From Glaucostegus cemiculus (Eukaryota): a stretch of 64,000 nt of DNA. The notes beneath the pieces are model-generated. The model had not been told where the DNA came from and did no database searches. It saw nothing but the letters and a program-made list of their open reading frames with translations. Shown here one piece after another: positions 1 through 11,919 of the stretch. Position 1 is the first letter of the stretch. Each line of letters begins with the position of its first letter. Position numbers and translations under genes: made by a program. The DNA lies in assembly GCA_976551045.1 (NCBI GenBank), contig CDPCPM010000335.1:1364001-1428000 (forward strand), read 5' to 3'.

Positions 1-603
1 AAACCAGGGCACTGAGTACAGGAGCTGGGATGTTATGCTGAAGTTGTACAAGGTGTAGGTAAAGCTGAATTTAGAGTATTATGTGCAGTTCTGGTCACCT
101 ACCTACAGGAAAGATATCAATTAGCTTGAAAGAGTGCAGAGAAAATTTACAAGGATGTTGTCAGGACTTGAAGACCTGAGTCATAGGGAAAGTTTGAAAA
201 AGTTAGGACTTTATTCCCTGGAGCACAGGAGAATGAAGAGAGATCTTATTGAAGTATAGAAAATTATGAGGGGTATAGATAAGAGTAAGTGCATGCAGGC
301 TTTTTCCCCTCGCGTTGAATAACACTAGGACTAGAGGTCATAGGTTTAGGGTGAAAGGTGAAATATTTAAGGGGAATCTGAGGTGAAACTTCTTCACTCA
401 GAGGGTGGTGTGAGTGTGGAACAAGCTGCCAGCGGAAGTGGTAGGTGCAGGTTCAATTGTAAAAGAAGTTTGGTAGGTACATAGATGGGAGGGGTTTGGA
501 GGGATATGGTCTGGGTGTGGGTAGATGAGACTAGGCAGAAGATCAGGTTGGCGTGGACTAGATGGGCCAAAGGGCCTGTTTCTGTGCTGTCGTTCTCTGT
601 GAC
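1..603 (+). mobile_element. CR1-type LINE 3' end (decayed ORF2 C-terminus plus 3' tail)
   Basis: Translates as GTEYRSWDVMLKLYKV*..LEYYVQFWSPTYRKDIN*LERVQRKFTRML..LGLYSLEHRRMKRDLIEV*KIMRGID, typical of the CR1 ORF2 end with stops; tail GGGCCAAAGGGCCTGTTTCTGTGCTGT. Confidence 0.9.
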
Positions 604-959
604 ATTGGTATTACTTTTGTCATTACCATTAATAAGTTCATCTATTGAACTGTGATAGCTTTTGCTTTACATGTGCTACTGTAGGTTTCACCTTTTCACT
701 AAGTATTTGACCTCCTGTGATATTTCACACTAGGAGTCGAGACCATATCAGGTGAGGCAGGGTTATCGAGCAGGAGAATAACTGGACTTAAGGTTGAGAT
801 CAGCTAGGAGGAGGGGTAAGGTGAGAGAAGAAGGGATGGAGAACATTAGACTTTTAGCACAGCTTAACTAGTTCTGCAAGTCCATGTGAACACTTTCAAA
901 ATTAAAAAAAAAAGTTACAGGGGAGTTCAGAGTTTTCCATTTACTTTGAACCCCATCAA

Positions 960-1390
960 GTCTAACAGATTTATAAGTGATGTACAAACAGGATCTTGGT
1001 GGCAGGAATGCAATCTTATTACATCAGTCATTTACATATCTGCAGTCCAAAGATATGCCTCAGAAAGCAATCTAAAACAAAAAAGTTAGGGCTAGCATCT
1101 CTTTTCAAGAGTTCTTGTTATATAATCTTTTCACCATTCTTGACTGTATATTCTGGGGTTGGTTGCCAGGTGAAGCCAGCATTTTGGTCCTTCACTTTAG
1201 GCATGAATGTAGTTGGCTGTTGTCTTTGTTGGAAAGTGTGGGAAGGCACATAGTGAGGTATGAGGAACAGGATATCCTGAGTCCATTATCATCTGGAATC
1301 CACGGACCTGCCTTTCCGTGCAGAGGATATTGCAATTTGTACCCTGGAGAATAATCTCCAACTTTATTCTCATTCCTCTTAACCAAAGGA
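960..1390 (-). mobile_element. possible highly decayed LTR-retrotransposon (Gypsy-like) pol fragment
   Basis: Minus-strand peptides SYLTMCLPTLSNKD..LK* and NAGFTWQPTPEY loosely resemble the RT-RNaseH linker (YL..FIPNLS..TAPL..LLK...F.W); frameshifted and weak. Confidence 0.25.
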
Positions 1391-1571
1391 CACTGAAACA
1401 GTTGTAGTATTCATGGTGCTGGCTTGACTAAAATTGGCAATGTTTTGTTTTACTTTTTGTGGCATCTTATGTTGAGACTTGCACTTAAAATATTAAATTA
1501 GATGAAGTATGTCTTCCTGTGTTTATCAGAAATTAGTATATGTAACAGTTGAATTCTTTATATTGAGGTAG

Positions 1572-1688
1572 GGGCAGATGCAATGGCAACTGGTCATTAC
1601 GCCAGAACATCACAAGATGATGAAGAAGTTTTCCAGCAAAAATCCATTGTAAATACTGAAGATATTTTTCATAACTGTGGAAAAGATG
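1572..1688 (+). CDS. TRMU: TRMU exon (human exon 4 equivalent): (G)[38 protein letters not shown]
   Basis: AG at 1570-71, GTGAGT at 1689; 117 nt, phase 1 to 1; ATGHYAR motif. Confidence 0.93.
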
Positions 1689-2380
1689 GTGAGTGAAGGA
1701 CATCAAATTTCTGGAATTTTGAATTCTTTAAGCATTAAGGTTCAATGTCAGAAAGGTTATTTTTGTCAAAATAAAGTTTGAACACCGTTTATTCATGACA
1801 TCCAAATAACCTGGACTGCTTTGGAGAATCAATAGATACAAATATTGACACTGCACATGATTAGAGTCAGCTTTCACCAGGTTGTTCATCTAAATGCAAA
1901 TTTATATACATGTAGTTAGAGGTGTTTTTTTTAATGAACTGTAGAGCATAATCATTAGTTGCTGTGATGAATCCTTTAATGACAATCTCTATACAGACTC
2001 AGTTATGAGCTGTAATGACCCTAACATTGTAGTTGATACTGCAATTTCCTTTTTATTATTGTTATTTAAAATGAGATATGGCTTTATTAGCAGGAATACT
2101 ATTCCACCAGCATTCTATTCTTTCCCTTCCAAACAAATACTTTATTTCCTCTCTCTGTCCTAGGTTGAGGCAGGCATCTATTAGAACTGAACTGTGGTTC
2201 ATCTTAAACAAATCTACATAATGTTCCTGATATCAGCAAAACTCAGATGATATTGATTTAGAATGGCAAGTTTAGCACAGATATGGAGCACTTTCTCTAA
2301 TTTTATGGTTTAAATCCATAGATAGGGTCTCAGCTGACTGTGCAGTGGGCTGAATATCAGCGGGGATCCAACTCTGAATT

Positions 2381-2670
2381 GAGGCACAGTGGCACAGCTG
2401 GTAAAGCTGCTGTCCATGAGGAGTTTGCACATTCTCCCAGTGACTGCTTGGGTTTCCACCTGGTACTTTGGTTTCCTTCCACGTCCTAAAGACGTGGGTT
2501 GGTAAGTTGATTGGTCATTGTAAATTGCCCCTAATGTGTAGGAATCGGGTGTGGGGGGCCGGGCGACTTAATGCTACAGGGAAAATTAGTGGCGGAATGG
2601 GATTGCTTGGTGAGCCAGCATGGACTAGATACTACGAAATGGCCTCCTTCTATGCCATAAGAAATATGAA
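2381..2670 (+). mobile_element. V-SINE (HE1-like tRNA-derived SINE) with LINE-derived tail
   Basis: tRNA-like head GGCACAGTGGCACAGCTGGTA, V-domain GGAGTTTGCACATTCTCCC..GGGTTTCC..GGTTTCCTTCCAC..AAAGACGTG, tail AATGGCCTCCTTCTATGC. Confidence 0.85.
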
Positions 2671-3563
2671 ACAAATATTTACAGTGTATATTGTTTGTAC
2701 TGACATTACAATTCTGGTATAAATGCACCATTACAAAGGAAAACAAAGCATGTCTTTGAAGAAGGATGCTTGCAGTATTTTGTTTTGCCTTGGGTGTATT
2801 GGTTTATTATTGTCACACGTATTGAGATGTAGTGTTTTATCCTTTGAATTATTCCTCTTCCTTAGATACATTGTATATTAGCCTGAACAGTAAAAGTATT
2901 AGGTAATCTGAAAATTAACCTTCAATAAGCAGGCATGGAAAGTAGTGGCAGTTCAGAAAGGTGGGGGTGGGGAGACGATGATTCTTGTGAATGGAATGAA
3001 ACTGAGACGAAAAGATGTATTGGGGGCAAGCTGGCAGACGTTGGAGAAAGGACTGAGTCAATATGGCGATGTAGAATCTGTGGAGAGTAAGAGAGATAGC
3101 ATCAGTCTTACTGGAGCAGTGGTGTTGAAAAATGGTGAAGAGATAAAACTTCCTGTTAGTCTCCTGGCTTGAAAGGTAGGCCTTATGTGGTAATGTGATG
3201 TTTGATGACATGTGTCTATTACTATTTACACTGTAGTAGTGAGGGTATAAATTTTGAATGGTTCTTCATTTAAGCTATTGTAAGAATAAGGTGGCAACAA
3301 AAAGTGAATATTATGCATTGAGATTAAAAGTAATTCAGATTCAAAGTCGAGTTTATTGTCATATGCATAAGTACACATATGGACGGGTGCAATGAAAAAC
3401 CAAAGGCATGTAGCATTAGAGGCACAATGTACAAAGAAAAACATAAATTAAACAAGTTAAAAACTGAAATTATGGTTTAAATTGTACAGATGTTTAAATT
3501 GAATATTGATCTATGCAAACCATTACCAATCTGTCATTAACATCTGGTTCCTTCTGTTTGCAG

Positions 3564-3736
3564 CTGTAAAACTCTTGAAGGCTGCTGACCCACAGAAAGA
3601 CCAAACTTTCTTTCTGAGCCAGATATCCCAGCATGCTCTGCGACATACCATCTTTCCCCTTGGCAAATTAAGGAAAAATATTGTAAAGGAAATGGCAGCA
3701 GAGGCAGGATTTCACCATATATTGAAAAGGAAGGAA
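3564..3736 (+). CDS. TRMU: TRMU exon (exon 5 eq.): (A)[57 protein letters not shown]
   Basis: TTTGCAG acceptor, GTATGA donor; 173 nt; KDQTFFL and FPLG motifs of MnmA. Confidence 0.96.
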
Positions 3737-3846
3737 GTATGATCTTTTGTTGTAATTTTGTTTGTGAATCTTGATTTCTGAAATTGTAATTCTTGATTCA
3801 GCTTTGTAGCATTAATTGTGGTGATATTTTTTTTGCTTCTTTACAG

Positions 3847-3900
3847 AGCATGGGAATCTGTTTCATAGGAGAAAGAAATTTTGAAAACTTTATCCTTGAG
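3847..3900 (+). CDS. TRMU: TRMU exon (exon 6 eq.): SMGICFIGERNFENFILE
   Basis: TTACAG acceptor, GTTGGT donor; 54 nt; contains the catalytic SxGxCF cysteine. Confidence 0.96.
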
Positions 3901-4575
3901 GTTGGTGTGCATAATTTTAACACCAGAGCTATTTTAAAATTCACCTATCTCACTCAGAAAGTAGGATCATTTCACTTTTTACAGTCTGTATAAGTATCAA
4001 AAATACAAATATCATGATTTAGTTATAAACTCTAGTCTGTGTCCACTACAGGCAAGAATTTTCTTTAGGTAATAACCTTACTTGAACATTTTGTGTCTTC
4101 ATTTGACATCCTAATATTGATTTTTAATTTTCTTAAACTGGCTGAGGGCTTTATTTGGTTAGTGGACATAAAAGATATCATATGAATGTGTTCATTGTTT
4201 TTTTTCTGCTAATATTGCCTGTAGTAATTTACTCAAACTATTTCTAATATACTGATATAATATTTTGGTTGGTCATATTGGCTATCCTGGTTGAAGTAAA
4301 ATTCAATTTTATAGAGTAATGTGCTGTTGACTTGTGCTATCAGGAAACAAATTTAAAATACTCACATTTTACTTATGACTTGTAAAGGATTCAGAAAGAT
4401 TTCAGAATTCCACTAATTTGTGCTAGATTCAAATGCAGTGCCCAGGACTACTTTCTTGAGTAGTGAAACATAATTGCACTGGTTGTGTTTCGGTCTGGCA
4501 GAGTATTTATATAAAACTTTTTTTTTATTTTAGTTTTGTACACTCAAAACTATTTAATTCTCCAAACTTTCTTAG

Positions 4576-4642
4576 TATATAGAGCCTCACCCTGGAAATT
4601 TTGTTTCTATAGAAGATGGAAAAATAATGGGAACACACAAAG
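4576..4642 (+). CDS. TRMU: TRMU exon (exon 7 eq.): [22 protein letters not shown](G)
   Basis: TTCTTAG acceptor, GTAATT donor; 67 nt, phase 0 to 1. Confidence 0.95.
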
Positions 4643-5559
4643 GTAATTACAATATCTCAGAAAATTAAAATTTAAATATGTTTATGTCGTAGGGAGACTT
4701 TCATAAAACATTGAAGAATTTTAGTAATATAATTGGCTCTCTTTTCAACTCAACTACTGTAACACTGTTTAAAGCAACTGTTTGACCAGCCTTGCGCAAG
4801 TAAGACTCTAAACAAAAAACACATTAGATTGCTTATTCCTTGTTCCTTCTTGCGGTAGCAAATGTTTTTCTCAGCGTACTAAAACCAATCAGGCTCCCAT
4901 AGGGTATGATCTAAAATATCACTTCAATTTTCTTATGTCTGGCTGCAAAACAATCTGCTAAACCAGCTGCAAGATCAAGATCACCCATCCCTTTTATTAA
5001 GGTTGGCACATAAGGACTAGGAGCAGTGCCAAATGGTGCACTGTATGGATTTGGTCCATCCATTTTGGGGGCAGGGGGTGGGGGGGAGGTTTAAGTCTTG
5101 TAAACCCACAAGAAGCTCCATTGTAGTAACACTGGAAGTGTTCTGAGTAGGCTGCACTACTGCAAAGCCATGAGTTTTAATTTGGAACGTGCCATTAAAA
5201 ATCACAGTTGTCAAGACCATGAGATGGGCTGTAGATGTTGTGAAAATGTAGAGTTGAACAAAATTAAAATCTCCTTGTTAGAAATGATATTTATATTCAA
5301 TTTATTAGAATAGTTTAAAGTCACTAAAGCTTTAACTATGGCAGTTAGCTCCTTTAATTAGAAATTCATTTACACAACTCAAGAAATACTGTTGTGAAGT
5401 TGAAAATTTGGGTAATACAATAGAGTAATTTAGTACACATTTCTAGGTGTCTCAGTGTGCTCTGGGAACTTTATTTGTTCCTTTTAGGGTGGCATTTTCA
5501 TTTCCATTGTAGATTACTCCCCACCTCCCTGCACCCAAACGATGTTAATGATGATGCAA

Positions 5560-5730
5560 CATGAAAAAATTGTAACCCGAACAGTTCGTCAGTCAGAAAT
5601 GCGGCCACTTACCGGGTTCCTAGGCAGCAGAAGATGCCTGCAGCCCTGCACCACCAGTATCCCAAATACTCGTTTGTATGTATGGGCTGTACATAAGTCA
5701 GGTGTTTCTCAACTGTGGACGAACTGTCTG
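5560..5730. mobile_element. short DNA-transposon (Tigger/pogo-like MITE) relic
   Basis: Shares ACAGTTC..AGTCAGAA, GAAGATGCCTG and ATGGGCTGTACATAAG.CAGGTGTTT with the copy at 48105-48300. Confidence 0.55.
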
Positions 5731-7277
5731 AAATTTTCAATCCCATTGGACTGAAAAATGGTGCCTATATACTCACAGAACAAACAGTTAACCAACTGAC
5801 CCCTTAAACTTAGCTGTGTAAAGGGATAACAATCAAACAGCATTCCTTGTCCACAAAGAAATTTCTTTCCTCCTATGACAGCCTCATTGCTAGGCCTGGG
5901 CTGCTTTCCCTATGGACCAGGGGTATGGTCACTCTCAACTTCCAAGATTCACTATCATTCAGGGCTGTTGCCGAACTCAGTTTGCTGCCTTTGGTTGTTT
6001 TTAGAAGATCATCTTAAACCCATATTTAAGGAGAGGAGACTTTATTTACTTTTCCTTCAGTCCATTGGAAGAGGCAGAAGGATACAGGCATTTTATTGCA
6101 GTGCAGGTTTTCCAAAACTGCATTCATGTCCTGAAAGAGATAACCTCTGGCAGGATAATCTGGCTTTAGCCCTGAGGGTTTCTGGGTTCCTATTGCAAAA
6201 GGGCTTCCCTGATTTGGGCAGTGTTCTTTGGGGGTACCTATTCAGGCTGTTGATTTCCTGGAGAACTTTCCTATCCCCTCCCATCATTGCATTATTAATT
6301 TATTCAGTTGCAAGAACCCCCAGCAGTTGGAAGAGTGTTGATTGAATTGTGATAGATCTTTTTATGAACGGGCTGAAATAATCATACTTTTTGTGCCATG
6401 TGCTGAAGTTATTTTCAGCGCGGCATTACACAGAGGAACTCAACACTATACTATGAACCTTGCAACTGAAGCTCAATGCAGCTTTCATAAATAGCATTTG
6501 GTGACTTAAAGTGGCTTTAATATAAACAAAAGATGTGGAATAATCTCTAGGCCAACCTGTCTTCTCAATTGATAAAATTAATACATTTTTATAGTATGGA
6601 AATGATATTCCTATGAAAGTATGCATAGACTGGAGTGTACATTTTATAAATATAATGCTTTATACGGTAACTGTCAGACTAAAATTCTTTCAGTTTACAA
6701 CTACTTTCCATGGAGTCTGAATTAAACATCTTTAGGCTTAAGTTTTTGGACTAATTACCAGCAACTTTCTACTAATCATCCAAATAAAATCTTTGATTTT
6801 AATTAACATTAACACCTGGCAATTGGCTCAAAGGACTAAGTAGCCTTCTTGCTGCCTCATAATAAAAACAGAAAGTTCTGGAAATATACAGTCTCTGACC
6901 TGAGACTGCCTGATTGTTGAGTGAGTTGCTGCATATATCCAGTATTTCCTGCAGATTCCCAGCGTCTGTGGGCTTTGTTATTTTTTTTCCATTTCTTGTA
7001 TTCCTACATTTCGTGGGTATCCTGGGATCTATATTTTCTTTTATCACTGTTTTGTAAGAAGACTTAAATAAATCTTCAATATCAGATTTTAAAAAATAAT
7101 TTGTCTCTCTAGAATATGCTTTTTAATAGTTTTAATGCATGTCTGTTCTTGAAATTGTTGGGGATGGCAAGGTGACCACAGCTAGATTATAAGTATACAG
7201 TTTATTCTATGATTCACTAAATATTTGTGCAAACTGCATTTTAAATTTTGTGCTTCCTTTGTATTGTTAACTTTTAG

Positions 7278-7378
7278 GTTGGTTCCTGTTCACTTTGGGA
7301 CAACGTGCCAGGATAGGTGGTCAAAGAGATGCTTGGTTTGTAGTAGATAAAGAGATAAAAACTGGTGATGTGTTTGTG
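7278..7378 (+). CDS. TRMU: TRMU exon (exon 8 eq.): (G)[33 protein letters not shown]
   Basis: CTTTTAG acceptor, GTGAGT donor; 101 nt; TxGQR motif. Confidence 0.96.
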
Positions 7379-8373
7379 GTGAGTGTTACAGAACTCGTGG
7401 ATAAGATAGAAAGAAAGTTTAATAAAAAATGATGATGCTTGACCTGTACCTGAAACAGGTCCTTCTTAAAAATCGCCCAGTGTTTCCTGTCAAGCTTTGG
7501 TTCCATTTTACCTTGACTGGATCCACTCTTACCCTTTTGAAGTTAACTCTTTTCGGAAGTTTCAATTTAGATTGTTCCTTGCTCTTCTCCATTACTAATC
7601 TAACCTTATGATAGGGGGATCATTCCTACTCACCTCTTCTCCAAATGGCACTTGGCCAGCATCGTACCCCAGCACCAGATTCAGCATGGCCTCCTTTCTA
7701 GAAGGGCAAGAACAAAGTGAATACATTTCAGAAGTTCTTCAAATTTCACAAATGCTTTGTAATACTTTGGGATTAATTTCAGACTGATTGGACACAATTC
7801 CTCTCTGCCAAAGAGAATTTCAGTATGGTGATCAAACACCTAAAGGGGAAAATGTTGAGTATTGGTCTGTAACTAAAGGTAAATACATTGGGAACAAATA
7901 GCAATGATGGGCACATGTTAAATGGAACAGTGAAAAAATCTGAACATTAGGAAAATCTTCTGGGGTTATTGTTGATAAATTAATGAAGCTGTCAATACAG
8001 ACTTTAAATCTACAAATTCCAGTGCAAGTAAAGTACTACATTGAACTAACACAAGGATGAGTTAACAGGTTCTGTTAATACTGTATGAGCCATTAGCCAG
8101 ATCCCCATCTGGTGAGTTGTATTTAGGCCTGGACAATACATTTATCACAAAATTGACTGTTTTCTTTGGATAAAGGAGAAACTTCAATACTGTCTGTCTA
8201 AGTGAAACTTTAACAAATTTAAGAAGTGAACTGGTCAAATTGTTTATTGTGATCACTTAACTCTACAATTTTGAAACCTTAAAAATTGCAGCTGAGTTCC
8301 CAAGAACTGTGTCAGTCTGCTGTCCTATGTGTAGGACTCTGCATAATGACAATCTATATTTGTTGTCTGCCAG

Positions 8374-8518
8374 GCACCAGGTACTTATCACCCAGCTTTG
8401 TACAGGAACTCACTTGAAACTGATCCCATCCATTGGATTTCTCAAAATCCACCTCCAGAACTGCTCCGGGATGGAGTGCTGCGATGTTGTTTTCGCTTCC
8501 AGCATCAAATGCCTCTTG
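8374..8518 (+). CDS. TRMU: TRMU exon (exon 9 eq.): APGTYHPALYRNSLETDPIHWISQNPPPELLRDGVLRCCFRFQHQMPL(V)
   Basis: CTGCCAG acceptor, GTAAGA donor; 145 nt; HPALY and FRFQHQM match TRMU. Confidence 0.95.
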
Positions 8519-9307
8519 GTAAGAAATGGTGAGACTTAGCATTTGTGTGTCTGCATTTAGATTTTGCTTCTCTACATGAGAATATGGACATATTTGGAGC
8601 CTTTTTTTTAAGTAAAATGTTAGTGTATATAGAATATAATTGTGCATAATTCAATATTTAGTTTTTGATTAAATACTCCCTTGCACATTAAGTTATGCAA
8701 GTATCAGCAAAACACCTGCATTTGTCAACCAATTTCCTGTCTGGTGGCTCATCTATTACAGTTGACAAAAGCAATACCGATGTGATTAATGTTAAACAAA
8801 GTATTATTCATTGTTTGAATGAATAATAAAGTAGTATCACCATTTGAATTTTCCTTAAGAATTAAATCGCTCCAGGCAATGTTATATGGTTAAAGCTTGC
8901 TCCAACTGCCATATATAATTTAATTTGATTTCCATTACTAGCTTTGTAATGGAAAATAACTATTCAAAATGAGATGCCGAAATAATTATGTATATCTGTA
9001 AGTGGTAGATCATTAAGATCTTTTTTGAGACAGCCCAGACTCGATTCTCTTGAGCTCTATTGGCAGGAGAAGACTTATATCTAGAAGGATGATATTTATT
9101 GTAACTTGGAGTTCTCTCTTTACCAACATGATGCAGCACTACAGGTTAAGATACAGCCTGATTTTTGTTGTAGAAGGCTCTTTTTTGGCTTCATTGCAGG
9201 CTTCACTTTACTGATGTTTGTACCCAAACCTCTAATTAACTAGTTTGCATTATATGCTGAATATCAAGAATTAAGGTTTTACATCACATATTCTCTTTTT
9301 CTTGCAG

Positions 9308-9390
9308 TGCAGTGTCAATTGACCCTAAATCCAGATCATACAGCTTTGGTATCTCTTGTTAAACCAGTCAGAGCACCAACACCAGGACAA
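9308..9390 (+). CDS. TRMU: TRMU exon (exon 10 eq.): (V)QCQLTLNPDHTALVSLVKPVRAPTPGQ
   Basis: CTTGCAG acceptor after a pyrimidine tract, GTGAGT donor; 83 nt; TPGQ motif. Confidence 0.94.
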
Positions 9391-9486
9391 GTGAGTTCTA
9401 TCTTATTCTTCCATTTCAAATATAAATGGAGTTGTGAACTCTGGGGGAAATCACTCTGGAATTGAAGTGACAACACTTTTTATTAA

Positions 9487-9507
9487 CCCCCCCCCCCCCC
9501 CCCCCCC
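9487..9507. repeat. poly-C run (C21)
   Basis: Direct read. Confidence 0.9.
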
Positions 9508-9734
9508 GAGAAACTCTGGTGCATTTTTTTGTAAAATTAAACCAATCTTGCAGAAGTCAAATGTACAGATTTAATTATAGTAATTTTTTTAAAATATCTT
9601 GAAAATATGCACAAATACGAAAAGAGAAAATCTGCTTTGATTCTCATGGTTGAATAACAAATATTCATAGTTACTGGAAGAATTTGGTCATTCTTGAGTA
9701 CTGCAGAAAGATCTTTTTATTTTACATGAACAAG

Positions 9735-9825
9735 CAAACAGTGCTTCAGCTTAATGTCTTATCTCAAAGGTAGCTCTTCAGGGAACGTATTGAAGCATCA
9801 GCCTAGATTATGAAGCACTTTGTTG
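9735..9825 (+). mobile_element. DeuSINE (AmnSINE1/SacSINE1-like) core fragment
   Basis: TTAATGTCTTATCTCAAAGG...CATCAGCCTAGATTATG resembles the Deu-domain TTTAACGTCTCATCCGAAAG...GTCAGCCTAGATT. Confidence 0.5.
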
Positions 9826-10237
9826 CTACTGTCAGGAAGGGAAAAAACACAATCCAATGGACAGCCAGGAAAGATGATTAAAAAGACCAATGGCATGTTA
9901 GTAATCCATCTCCCTAATGGTAAAAGCTAAGTAGTTACATTGTTCAAAACTTAAGTTAGAGGCATAAAGTGTAATTGCAGGACTAGAGTTACTTTTATTA
10001 GCTAATCTTAGCCACTGATAATATATGTGCCCATGAACTTTCAATAGCAGTGAGGTGCATGATATTTTTCATCTCTTGCCGGTTGTATAACTTGTATTGC
10101 ACTGTTACAGTTAAGCTGCAGGCATTGCTGGTTTAGCATCAAAAATTAGACCCCAGATTCTGGACCACTTATTATTTAGAAATGATTTTGAGTTTTATAA
10201 GAAGTTTATTAATTCTAAAAGCAAACAGCTTAATTTT

Positions 10238-10335
10238 GGTATTGGTTTATTATTGTCACTTGTACCAAGGTACAGTGAAAAGCTTGTCTTACAAACCGAT
10301 CATACAGGTCAATTCATTACACAGTGCAGTTAATA
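10238..10335 (-). mobile_element. LINE 3'-end fragment (GGTATTGGTTTATTATTGTCAC family)
   Basis: Same GGTTTATTATTGTCAC motif recurs at ~2797-2835, with a related motif at ~3335-3460; AATAA-type end on the minus strand. Confidence 0.55.
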
Positions 10336-10489
10336 TAATTTAGCCTACGGTTAAAGTCTGAAATGCAGCTTGTATATATGATGCTTTCTTTAATTAACTA
10401 CGTAGTTTTTTTAGACATTTTTTCTGATTATTGTTCTTTTCACGTCCTGCACAGTAATTTATCTTTTGATAATCATCAGAAGTGATTAA

Positions 10490-10630
10490 CTGATCATTGT
10501 CACATTGCCGAGTGCAAAACTGACAGCCAAAATTACAATAGTGACTACACTTTAAAACCATTGAAGTAATTCTAAAGTGCTTTGAGACATCCTGAGGTCA
10601 TGAAAGATATTTTATAAATGCATGATTTTT
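10490..10630 (+). mobile_element. DeuSINE/SacSINE1-like 3' end
   Basis: ATTACAATAGTGACTACACTT...AAAGTGCTTTGAGACATCCTGAGGTCATGAAAGATATTTTATAAATGCA. Confidence 0.65.
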
Positions 10631-11299
10631 AAAAAAAGTTACCAGCTAATCATGCTTAGTTTGCATAATCAGCTAACATTAATTTTAAAGCTTTCAAGAA
10701 AACATTTTTTAATTAAGTGATTGAATCACTAAAGTGTCAGTACTCTAATTTTCTATTGAAAACTATAGTACATGAGTTCAGGAAAAAGATATTCTACCAG
10801 AGGCAAAATGTAATATTAATCCCTTTGCTAGTTAAAGGGTGAAAGAGGATACACTGAATCAAATGTAATTTTTTAATTTTATGATAATTATTCCCATTCT
10901 TTAACCATGTCATTCAACCTGATGGATTACACTGTTGACTAATCTTGAGGCAAAGAACTACAGGTTGCTGAAAATTAATGGAGCTTCTCTGTCAGTGTGC
11001 AAATTTTCTGGCTCCAGAGGAATTTATATATCCTTTGTAAAAGGACTATTTAGCAACTTTTGGAAGTTCTGACAGATGCTTGGCTCAAAGCCCTCATTCC
11101 AAAGTCTTACTTGAACTTACAGTGCTAAATAGTATCTTGGTATTTTTCAATCTTTTCTTGCCATCAACAAAGAAACAAAATGCCCACTGGTTATGGCTTA
11201 AGTAAAATTATATCTTGCATGTTAGAGACAATATTATATAACAGTTGATATTCTAAGTAAGCATTATCTATGCTTTAATATTTTATACATTGATTTCAG

Positions 11300-11431
11300 T
11301 TTGCTGTGCTCTACAAGGATGAAGAATGTCTTGGCAGTGGCAAAATAATGAAGCTTGGCCCTTCCATGTACACACAAGAGGCAAGAGGGGGTAAAATTGG
11401 CAATTTTCAGAAGACTGGTATTACCTTTTAA
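11300..11431 (+). CDS. TRMU: TRMU last coding exon: [43 protein letters not shown]
   Basis: ATTTCAG acceptor; FAVLY..ECLGSG motif; TAA at 11429-11431. Confidence 0.95.
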   Translation, partial: FAVLYKDEECLGSGKIMKLGPSMYTQEARGGKIGNFQKTGITF

Positions 11432-11763
11432 AGAACCCATGATGTAACGTGTGGATCAACTTGGCAAAATGCTATGAAGCACCAGAACTGAAGTGAATAA
11501 CTAACTGAGTGAATCCATCTATAAAGACACTGGAATCCAGATATACCTCATAATTGGTACAAAGACCACTGCTTTTTACTTTTCCTTTAACCGTTTATTC
11601 CAACGTACCTTAATATTTACAGGGGAGTTTAACACTGGCTTTTGAGATGCGGCCTTTTTGAGTCTTAGGTTAATTTTCAAATTCCAAAATGGTTGCCGGT
11701 CATGATTTTCCTAGTCAATTTCAGAAGCAAAATTATTCTTCAGTGGTCAGAACAATACGTTTC

Positions 11764-11919
11764 AATAAATATTAGGTTGATCACATTTTGTAATTTATTT
11801 TCACAATGCCTACAGTTATAATCAACTTAATTTCCATAAAGAATAAAAGATACTTTAATTTTAAAGTCAATGAACTTTATGTAGTTTTTAAATCAGAATA
11901 ATGTTTTCAGAAGAATAAA
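11764..11919 (+). promoter_or_regulatory. TRMU candidate polyadenylation signals (AATAAA x3)
   Basis: AATAAA at 11764-69, 11842-47 and 11914-19, 330-490 nt after the stop, with U-rich downstream sequence. Confidence 0.6.

Larger units (their letters stand above)
1572..11431 (+). other. TRMU: TRMU gene, 3' part (8 coding exons; exons 1-3 lie upstream of the window)
   Basis: Eight AG/GT-bounded exons join in frame into an MnmA/TRMU protein with [29 protein letters not shown] and PGQFAVLY..CLGSG motifs. Confidence 0.97.

Noticed and set aside
604-1571. Search for TRMU exon 3 (GRTPNPD motif)
   Set aside because: Motif not found in any + frame; exons 1-3 lie upstream of the window
5875-6345. Longest non-exonic ORF (156 aa)
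   Set aside because: Intronic in TRMU, no recognisable domain, Leu/Ser/Cys/Trp composition typical of non-coding frames
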